From: Planctomycetota bacterium
Lineage (GTDB): Bacteria > Planctomycetota > UBA1135 > JAKEFM01
DNA length: 64,000 nt
Direction of reading: 5' to 3'
Assembly (NCBI GenBank): GCA_035695825.1
Contig: DASRRH010000031.1
Location: forward strand, 83,648-147,647
This document shows positions 26,327-33,443 of this stretch, in pieces. Made by a program: the position numbers and the translations under genes. Below the pieces are notes generated by a model. It did not search any database. It had not been told where the DNA came from and saw only the letters and a program-made list of their open reading frames with translations. Numbering within the stretch: the stretch's first letter is position 1; every line of letters starts with the position of its first letter.

Positions 26327-27613
26327 ATGGTCACGCGCCGCGACGTCCTACGTCTCGCCCTCCTCGGTCCGGTCGGCGCGCGCGTCCTCCCCTCCCGCGC
26401 GGGGGCGGCGCCGGCCCTTCCCCCGCGCCTCCCGGCCGACGTCGGGGAGGACGAGTCCTACTGGAACTCCCTCCGCTGGCACTTCGCGTTCCCCGAGGAG
26501 GAGACCTACTGCCAGACCGCGACGCTCGGCGCCTCGCCGAAGGTCGTGACGGAGGCGACGATCGCGCACCTGCGGTGGGTCGAGGAGGGCCTTCCCAAGT
26601 GGGACTACACGCCCGAGCAGCCGAACCGCATGGGGGGCTACTCCCCGGAGAGGGACCTCCGTGACCGGCTCGGCGCCTTCCTCGGCTGCGAGGGCTCCGA
26701 GGTCGCCCTCACGCCGAACGCCACCGTCGGGATGAACTTCGTCGCGAACGGGATCGACCTCGAGGCGGGCGACGAGGTCGTCACCACGAACATGGAGCAC
26801 CCGGGGGGCCGGAAGGGGTGGGACCTCAAGGGGAAGCGCCTCGGGATCCAGGTCCGCGAGGTCGAGATCCCCGTCCCTCCGAACGATCCGGACGAGATCG
26901 TCCGGCGCTGGGAGGCGGCGACCAACTCGCGCACGAAGGTCTGGGCGATCCCCCATGTGACGAGCGCCCTGGGGCTCGTGATGCCGGTCAAGCGCCTCTG
27001 CGCCTCCGCCCGCGCGCGCGGGATCTTCACCGCCGTCGACGGGGCGCAGGCCGTCGGCCACCTCGCGGTGAACCTCCGCGACCTCGGCTGCGACGCCTAT
27101 TTCTCCTCCCCCCACAAGTGGCTCCTCGCGCCGAAGGGGAACGGGATCCTCTACGTCCGCCGCGAGGCGCAGGAGCGGATCTGGACCACCCTCGCCTCGA
27201 GCGAGTGGGAAAACGCGAAGGAGGGGCTCTACCGCCTCATGCAGTGGGGGACGGTGAACGCGAGCCTCGTCCGCGGCTTCGAGGTCGCCCTCGACTTCTT
27301 CGATCGGATCGGCATGCCCCGGATCGAGCGGCGGATTCGCTACCTCGGCGACCGCCTTCGCGCGGGCCTGCGCGAGATCCCGCGCGTCGCGATCTCCTCT
27401 TCCGTCCACCCCGACCTCGCCTGCGGCATCACGACCTGGAAGATCGAGGGGATCTCCCCGCGCGCGCTGATGGACGAGATGTGGCGGCGGCGGCGGATCC
27501 GCATCCGCTCCGTGAGCGACGTCTGGGGGGCCCGGACGAGCACGCACGTCTACGTCTCGCCCGCCCAGGTCGACTCGCTCCTCGAGGTCGCGCGCGAGCT
27601 CGCGAAGGCGTGA
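26327..27613 (+). CDS. Class-V aminotransferase-fold PLP enzyme with a twin-arginine signal
   Basis: 428 aa. MVTRRDVLRLALLGPVGARVLPSRAGA is Tat-like. PLP-Lys context SSPHKWLLAPKGNGILYV. Confidence 0.8.
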   Translation: MVTRRDVLRLALLGPVGARVLPSRAGAAPALPPRLPADVGEDESYWNSLRWHFAFPEEETYCQTATLGASPKVVTEATIAHLRWVEEGLPKWDYTPEQPNRMGGYSPERDLRDRLGAFLGCEGSEVALTPNATVGMNFVANGIDLEAGDEVVTTNMEHPGGRKGWDLKGKRLGIQVREVEIPVPPNDPDEIVRRWEAATNSRTKVWAIPHVTSALGLVMPVKRLCASARARGIFTAVDGAQAVGHLAVNLRDLGCDAYFSSPHKWLLAPKGNGILYVRREAQERIWTTLASSEWENAKEGLYRLMQWGTVNASLVRGFEVALDFFDRIGMPRIERRIRYLGDRLRAGLREIPRVAISSSVHPDLACGITTWKIEGISPRALMDEMWRRRRIRIRSVSDVWGARTSTHVYVSPAQVDSLLEVARELAKA

Positions 27614-27856
27614 AGGGGCTCGAGGGAGCGGGCAGAGCGGAGGTCTGTCCAATCCATGTCGGTCCCGGCGGGCGCGAACGAGCCCGCGCGAGGCGGGCGC
27701 ATCCAGTCCCGCGATCCATCCGCCAGCTCGACAGGGAAAGGACGAGACTCGGGCAAGGGGACGCGCGCACCGGACTCTCCCGGACGATTCTCCTCGGGTT
27801 TCGGTTCCGGCGTCTCTCCTGCCCGAGGGAGACGTCGGAAGGGGCGCGGGGGTCCG

Positions 27857-29218
27857 CTACCTCTCCGCGGGCCCGGCGGCCCGGAGCACGGCAACGAACC
27901 CCGTCTCATGCCCCCCCTCGACGTTCACGATCGAATCGTGTTCGCCGATCCCGTCCGCGCGGACGAGGAGCCGGTATAGGCCGGGTGGGATGTGGCGGAA
28001 GTGAACGGCTCCCGCGTCGCTCTTGCCGAAGATCCGTCGTTTCGGGGGGTCCTCGAGAGTGACCTCGAAGTCCTCGAGGCGGCCTCCTGCCCCGTCCGTC
28101 GCCTCGCAGCGGAGCCCGCCTCCCCTCGCGAGAGCCCAGTTGACGCGAACGGCCGTCCCCGGATCGATGCGGACGACCTTCATCTCCTCGAATCCGGGAT
28201 ACGTCTGGCCCGGGATGTCGGGTTGGATCGCGAGGTCGCCCGGCTCGAGGTCCTCGACGAGGAACGATCCGTCGGCCCCGACTTGGATCCGGCCCGGCCG
28301 CTCGTCGAAGGGCCTCCAGGCCCTCACCTCGCAGGGGGGTTCGAACGGGGCGCCGTCGTCGAGGAGGATCGTCCCCACGAGGGAACCGCTTCCTGCCCTG
28401 CGCCGATCGAGGCAGACGCGCAGCGACTCGAGGTCGGGGGCCCGTGGAGAGACCTCGACGAACCTCGGCTCGTACCCTTCCCTTGCGAACCCGAGGAGGA
28501 CCCGGAACGGCCGACTCTTGAGCCACGCGGACGACCAGAACGCCATGCCGAAGTTGCCGTCCGTGGGACCTCCCAAGGTCGAGCACCCGTTCGGATCTCC
28601 GGCCGCGTAGCTGCCGATCCCCATCGAAGCGTCAAGCGGCTCCCCCGTCGCGCAGTCCCTCACCGTCCCCCGGACCCTCAGCCTTCCGCCGAGCACGCGA
28701 AGCAAGACGTCGTGTCGGTCCTCGTGGAGGGAGAGCGGGAGATCTTGGACCGGCCCGGTCGGAGCGTCTCCTTGGAGCAGGTACCTTCCAGGCCGGAGGT
28801 CGGCGAGGGAGAAACTGCCGTCGGAGCGCGCCTGGACCTGGGCGACGAGGTCCGTCGCATGCCACGGGTTCCCAGACAGCGCCGCCTGCGCGGGGGCTCC
28901 CTCCGGCGGCCCGCCGAGACCGGGCTCGAGGACGACGGCGCGGATCGAGGCTTCCGCTGCGGGCTTGTCGAGCGCGTCGAGCACCGTCCCGGTGACCGCG
29001 AGCCGGCGGTCGAGCCGGAGAGAGAGGTCGGCTCCCGAGGTCCCGAGCCGCGCGAGGGGGGTCGACGCCGCGAAGTGAGCGGGGTGCGTCGCCCGGAGAT
29101 CTCCGACGTCCGCAGTCGCGAATTCGATCCGGAAGCGACCCCTCCCGTCGGTCACGGTCGAGCTCCCTCCCGCCTCGACCTTGGCGTCGGCGAGCGCGAG
29201 CCCCCGGTCATCGACCAC
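27857..29218 (-). CDS. CarboxypepD_reg-like repeat protein (no signal peptide of its own; see findings)
   Basis: 453 aa. Repeated beta-sandwich starts of the form G.V.D..G.P...A.V, for example VTGTVVDDRGLALADAKVEAGG, VTGTVLDALDKPAAEASIRAV and VRGTVRDCATGEPLDASMGI. The frame stays open well upstream of the GTG at 29218. Confidence 0.6.
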   Translation of the reverse strand: MVDDRGLALADAKVEAGGSSTVTDGRGRFRIEFATADVGDLRATHPAHFAASTPLARLGTSGADLSLRLDRRLAVTGTVLDALDKPAAEASIRAVVLEPGLGGPPEGAPAQAALSGNPWHATDLVAQVQARSDGSFSLADLRPGRYLLQGDAPTGPVQDLPLSLHEDRHDVLLRVLGGRLRVRGTVRDCATGEPLDASMGIGSYAAGDPNGCSTLGGPTDGNFGMAFWSSAWLKSRPFRVLLGFAREGYEPRFVEVSPRAPDLESLRVCLDRRRAGSGSLVGTILLDDGAPFEPPCEVRAWRPFDERPGRIQVGADGSFLVEDLEPGDLAIQPDIPGQTYPGFEEMKVVRIDPGTAVRVNWALARGGGLRCEATDGAGGRLEDFEVTLEDPPKRRIFGKSDAGAVHFRHIPPGLYRLLVRADGIGEHDSIVNVEGGHETGFVAVLRAAGPAER

Positions 29219-30077
29219 CGTCCCCGTGACGACCGTCTCCTCCGGGCGATCCGCGTACCCGAGCGCCGTGCGCCGCGGTGGAGACTCCCGGGGAGTCTCG
29301 ATCCCCCCAGGGGGGCTCCGGTGGGTCGGGCGCCTGGGGAGAAGGAGTCCCGAGCGTGGGAGGATGCGCCCCCCCGGAAGCGAGCAGGGTCGGTGGGGCC
29401 TCGTCCACTCTCGAGAAGGCGACCTGCCAGACGAGGACGCCCCCCGCGAGGGAAGCGGCGACGAGTCCGACCTTCGCGCCCGACTTGATGGCGAACCCGG
29501 GGAGGACCCCCGCTCCGGCTGGTCCCGACGAGGAGGGTATCGCGAGACGGATGAAGGCGAGGACCCACACCCTCCGGTCCCCGCCGTGGCGCTCGTCGAG
29601 CCTCCTTCGGAGCTGGTCGAGGGCGCGCGAGGTCCGGGTGCGGACCGTCGCGACGGGGACTCCGAAGCGCCGGGCTGTTTCGCGCGGGGGCAATCCCTCG
29701 AAGAATCGGAGGAAGATCGTCGACCTGTAGGGCTCTTCGAGGGCGAGGACGGTCTGGACGACCTCCTGCCGTAGGGCCTCGCGCTCGACTATGTCGGAGG
29801 CGGAGGGGAGCGCCTCCGGAACGGCAGCCCCACGCTCGCGCCTCGAGCGCCTCGACTCGCCCAGAGCCGAGCGCCAGGCGAGGTGGCGCAGGACGGCCGC
29901 AAGCCACGCTTTCGGAGAGTGGAGAGGACCGGGACGCTTCGCGAGGACCTCGAGCCAGGCGTCTTGCGCGAGGTCGTCGGCGCGCGCGGCATCGCGGACG
30001 AGAGTCCGCGCGAGGTCGCGGACGAACCGCTCGTGCGCGAGGAGCGTCTCGAGGGAGGGCGTTTCGGTCGAGGTCAT
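29208..30077 (-). CDS. ECF sigma factor with a C-terminal transmembrane extension
   Basis: Track ORF 29208..30131; ATG 30077 begins MTSTETPSLETLLAHERFVRDLARTLV. Region 2: ADDLAQDAWLEVL..AWLAAVLRHLA. Region 4: RSTIFLRFFEGLPPRETARRFGVPVATVRTRTSRALDQLR. Then AKVGLVAASLAGGVLVWQVAF (TM) and a Pro-rich tail. Confidence 0.75.
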   Translation of the reverse strand: MTSTETPSLETLLAHERFVRDLARTLVRDAARADDLAQDAWLEVLAKRPGPLHSPKAWLAAVLRHLAWRSALGESRRSRRERGAAVPEALPSASDIVEREALRQEVVQTVLALEEPYRSTIFLRFFEGLPPRETARRFGVPVATVRTRTSRALDQLRRRLDERHGGDRRVWVLAFIRLAIPSSSGPAGAGVLPGFAIKSGAKVGLVAASLAGGVLVWQVAFSRVDEAPPTLLASGGAHPPTLGTPSPQAPDPPEPPWGDRDSPGVSTAAHGARVRGSPGGDGRHGDGGR

Positions 30078-30119
30078 CGCTCCGACACCAGAGTCTCCGC
30101 GGGCCGAGGAATCGATTCG

Positions 30120-30138
30120 GGAAACTGTCACAGTTTCC
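30120..30138. promoter_or_regulatory. Perfect 9-1-9 palindrome GGAAACTGT-c-ACAGTTTCC upstream of the ECF sigma gene
   Basis: Read directly from the sequence. On the minus strand, GGAAAC (30138-30133), 17 nt, then TCGATT (30115-30110) resembles an ECF -35/-10 layout. Confidence 0.35.
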
Positions 30139-30270
30139 TGTTGATTTCATTCACAAGTCCCTAGCCATTCTTGGCATAGGAGAGGTACGGGGGTCGGACG
30201 AGCGATCCGGTCGTAAGCCTCGCCGACGCCGGGGCCCTGCGGCCCGCATCAACACGCAACCGGTGCAGTT

Positions 30271-32481
30271 TCATCGGCGCACCCCACGGAGCTCGAGGAC
30301 GACCCCTTCGGTCCCGGCCGCCACGCCTGTGAGGAGTGGCTTGTCGGACTCCCGTGGCGGAATCGGGCGGCCGTCTCCACTTCGAGGGGGAGGCCGAACG
30401 TGCAGGTCCGCCCCCGCCCCCTCGCGGAGGTGGAGCACGAACTTCCCCTCGGCGTCGGTGGTCGCGGAGCCGAGGAATTCACCCTCCCCGTCCCGCGCGA
30501 GGACCCACGCTTTCGGAAGCGGCAGGCCTTCTTCGTCGAAGACCCTGCCTGAGATGGCGGACCCCTTCGGGAGAGTCAGGGCGACGCCTGTCGCGCCGGC
30601 GCGGATCCCCTTCGCGACCACCTGAACGAGCCGCCCCGAGCGATCCCCCGCCTCGTCCCTCGCGGGCGGGTGCGCCCAGACGGTGTAGGTCCCCTCGCCG
30701 AGCCCCTCGATCCGGAACGATCCGTCGTCCCGGGTCCTTCCGTAGGCCGTCTCGCCCTTCGTCGGCACCTCCGGCTCGACCCTCAGGTACGCCTCGCGGA
30801 CGCCTCTCCCCTCCGGGTCGAGGACTCGCCCCTCGATCGAGAGGCCCCCCTCGACGACGACGACGACTCCTTCGCGGGTCTCGCCCGGTCCGACGGCCAG
30901 GAGAGCCCCGTCGCTCCGGGGGCGGTCGGGGAGCTCGGGTCTCGGGCGGTAGGTTCCGGGCGCGAGGTCGGCGAACGAGAAACGGCCACGGTCGTCCGTC
31001 CGCCCCCTCCGATGCGCGACGTAGTCGTCGACCCCCCACGGCTGCGAGATACCGGAGAGGCGCTGACGGTCTCCGTTCGTTCCTTCGAGGACTACCTCGA
31101 CGTTCGGGAGCGCCGTTCCGTCGGGACGAGTGACCATGCCCGCGATCGTGGCTGGACGCGCGAGGCGGACGTCGCCGAGGTCGATCGCGGTCTCCGGGGT
31201 CCCCCCGAAAGGGAAGTCGTAGACGGCCGTCCCGTAGCCGTCGCGCTTCACGAAGAGCGCATGGGGGGCGTCGGGGCGGAGGTCGCGGATCTCGAATCTC
31301 CCATCCGGTCCGGTGCGGCTCGAGCACCAGTCGATCTTCTGGCCCTCCTCGTGCCACTGGCTCGCGACGGCAGCCACGTAGGTTCCCGGGAGCGGATTCC
31401 CTTCCGAGTCGAGGATGCGGCCCTTCGCGCGCTGCGCGGGGAGCAGCTCGAAGTCGACGTCCAGCGGATCGCGCAGGGGTTCCTGGAGTTCCTTGCTCGT
31501 CCGGCCGTAGCCCGGCGCGCGGACGTGGAGGTCGGAAACCCCCTCTCCTCCGAAACCCGGGAAAGCGTAGCGTCCCGACGCGTCCGTTCGGGCCGTCCGC
31601 CGGAACGTCCACCCCTCTCCCACCTCCGCCCCCTCGATCGGACGGCCCGTTCCGGCCTCGGTCACTCGACCGGTCACGACCACGCCGGGCGCGACGACGA
31701 CGTCCTTCCGGAGGACCTGGCCGTCCTCGAGCCGGATCCGCATCCACCCCGGGGACGCTCCCTCGGGCGGGAGCACCTCCAGGACGAGCTCGCCGGGCAC
31801 GAGCCCCTCGAGTCGGAACGAGCCGTCGGTTCCCGTCTCTCCCCGGAAGAGATCCGCAGGCATCCCGAGCCGGAACCCGTGGAGGCGCGCGCCCGCGACA
31901 GGGCCTCCGTCCTTCGACCGCGTCACCTTGCCGAGGAGGATCGCGCCGCGGTGAAGCCCGACGAGGACGAACTCCCCCGCGTACCGATTCCGGACGATCT
32001 CGTGCGCGAAGCCTTCCGCCGTCGCGTGGAGGTCGAAAGGGCGACCGCGGGGAAGGGGGATCGCGAACGCGCCGTCCGCGCCGGTCTCCGCCCTGGCGAC
32101 GGTCCGCTCCTCGCGCGAGTAGGAGAGGTCGAGGACGGGGAACTCGCGGCCCTCCACTCGGCGCACCTCCAGCCGTGCGCCGCCCACTGGCGTGCCGGCA
32201 GGATCGATCACCCGTCCGTGCAGATCGTGGTCCGAATCCGGTGCTCCCCGCGCGACGGGAGACGAGAGAGGCTCGGTCGCTTCGGGCGCCGGGATCTCGC
32301 GACGCGCCGTCTCGGTCCACGTGCGTGCCGCCACCGGGTCTCCGCGATCCTCGGCGACGCCCGCGCCGTCGAGGGTCGAATCCGCCTGCCGCGATCCCGG
32401 CCCCGGGCGCGACGCGAGCCACCCGACGATGAGGACGGCGACGGCGACCCCTCCCGCAAGGAGTCTTTCGCCGGGTTTCAC
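30271..32481 (-). CDS. Membrane-anchored CarboxypepD_reg-like repeat protein
   Basis: Track ORF 30271..32979, trimmed to in-frame GTG 32481 (VKPGERLLAGGVAVAVLIVGWLA, a signal anchor). The track N-terminus overlaps the divergent HEPN gene. Multiple repeats such as LHGRVIDPAGTPVGGARLEV, VTGRVTEAGTGRPIEGAEV, IEGRVLDPEGRGVREAYLRV and ISGRVFDEEGLPLPKAWV. Confidence 0.7.
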   Translation of the reverse strand: MKPGERLLAGGVAVAVLIVGWLASRPGPGSRQADSTLDGAGVAEDRGDPVAARTWTETARREIPAPEATEPLSSPVARGAPDSDHDLHGRVIDPAGTPVGGARLEVRRVEGREFPVLDLSYSREERTVARAETGADGAFAIPLPRGRPFDLHATAEGFAHEIVRNRYAGEFVLVGLHRGAILLGKVTRSKDGGPVAGARLHGFRLGMPADLFRGETGTDGSFRLEGLVPGELVLEVLPPEGASPGWMRIRLEDGQVLRKDVVVAPGVVVTGRVTEAGTGRPIEGAEVGEGWTFRRTARTDASGRYAFPGFGGEGVSDLHVRAPGYGRTSKELQEPLRDPLDVDFELLPAQRAKGRILDSEGNPLPGTYVAAVASQWHEEGQKIDWCSSRTGPDGRFEIRDLRPDAPHALFVKRDGYGTAVYDFPFGGTPETAIDLGDVRLARPATIAGMVTRPDGTALPNVEVVLEGTNGDRQRLSGISQPWGVDDYVAHRRGRTDDRGRFSFADLAPGTYRPRPELPDRPRSDGALLAVGPGETREGVVVVVEGGLSIEGRVLDPEGRGVREAYLRVEPEVPTKGETAYGRTRDDGSFRIEGLGEGTYTVWAHPPARDEAGDRSGRLVQVVAKGIRAGATGVALTLPKGSAISGRVFDEEGLPLPKAWVLARDGEGEFLGSATTDAEGKFVLHLREGAGADLHVRPPPRSGDGRPIPPRESDKPLLTGVAAGTEGVVLELRGVRR

Positions 32482-32570
32482 TCCACGGTCGGGAAAGTGG
32501 GGGAATCTTCCCTTTCGCGTAACCGAACGGATCCCGCGCGTCTTTGACTCGCGGGAGTCTCCCTCGTGCG

Positions 32571-32954
32571 ATGCGAGGGGGCCGCCGCACCGGGCGACCG
32601 TTGAAGTGGAAGGCGATTCAGAACCTGCAGGCGGGGATCCTACTCCTCGAGCGTGGACTCGCGGATGGGGCGGCGAATCGCCTCTACTACGCCCTCTTCC
32701 AGGCCGCAGTTTTCGGCCTTGAGAGGGCGGGGAGGACGCCGCGGGAGGCGCGGCCGGGCGCCAAGGTCTGGGACCACCGAATCGTGGGCGACCGGATCGT
32801 TTCCGTGCGAGGTCTCCACGAGGATGGTCGACTCTTCCGAAGAATGCGCGACCTGCGGGAAATCGCGGACTACGATTCCCGACCCGTCGATCGTCGAAAG
32901 GTCGAATCTTGGAAGCACGACGTCGGAAGGTTCGTTGGCGACGTGACCACATGA
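32571..32954 (+). CDS. HEPN-domain protein
   Basis: Track ORF 32544..32954; ATG 32571 preferred. LKWKAIQNLQAGILLLERGLADGAANRLYYALFQAAVFGLERAG...LFRRMRDLREIADYD fits the HEPN (PF05168-type) helix pattern with the conserved R..ADY. Confidence 0.7.
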   Translation: MRGGRRTGRPLKWKAIQNLQAGILLLERGLADGAANRLYYALFQAAVFGLERAGRTPREARPGAKVWDHRIVGDRIVSVRGLHEDGRLFRRMRDLREIADYDSRPVDRRKVESWKHDVGRFVGDVTT

Positions 32955-33322
32955 GGGATCCCTTCATGGACGCGGTCATCCGGGCGATCGAAGCCCGCTA
33001 CGCGGGCACCCGCGTCGTCGCCCTGCCGTACCGGACCCCCGACGACCCTGCCGTCCGCTTCTGGCTCCGGGTCCTCCATGTCCGCGAGAGGGACCTGGTC
33101 TCGGTCGAGATCTTCGGGGACGACTTCGCCTCCGAGCTCTACGGCAAGAGACCCCTACCTTTCATCCTGACCTCGTACGGGGCCCGCAACACGGCTCACT
33201 TCCTCGCCGAACAGAAGGCGGCCCGCCGCTCCCGGGCCTACGGGATGCGGGTTCGGCGCGTCGCCCGAGTTCGCGTGGGACGCGGCGTTCGACGCTCACC
33301 CCGGCCCGGGGCGCGCTCGTAG
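32951..33322 (+). CDS. Hypothetical protein translationally coupled to HEPN
   Basis: ATG 32951 overlaps the HEPN stop (ATGA). MRDPFMDAVIRAIEARYAGTRVVALPYRTPDDPAVRFWLRVLHVRERDLVSVEIFGDDFASELYGK... has no nucleotidyltransferase motif. The Arg-rich C-terminal third may be non-coding read-on. Confidence 0.4.
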   Translation: MRDPFMDAVIRAIEARYAGTRVVALPYRTPDDPAVRFWLRVLHVRERDLVSVEIFGDDFASELYGKRPLPFILTSYGARNTAHFLAEQKAARRSRAYGMRVRRVARVRVGRGVRRSPRPGARS

Positions 33323-33443
33323 TCCCGGCTCGCGGAACCCCCGGAACAGCCCCACGCCTCGTTCCGGGGGCGGTCCGGATCGCCCGCTCGCGAGGAGGCG
33401 CTCCCCGGGCGGCTGATGGCGGAGAACGGCGACCCCAGCGGCG

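Noticed and set aside
30479-32590. 703-aa minus ORF and 625-aa plus ORF (30670..32547) overlapping the 736-aa repeat gene.
   Set aside because: These are alternative frames of the same G+C-rich repeat gene. Only the frame with the regular G.V.D..G.P repeat grammar and a TM anchor was accepted.
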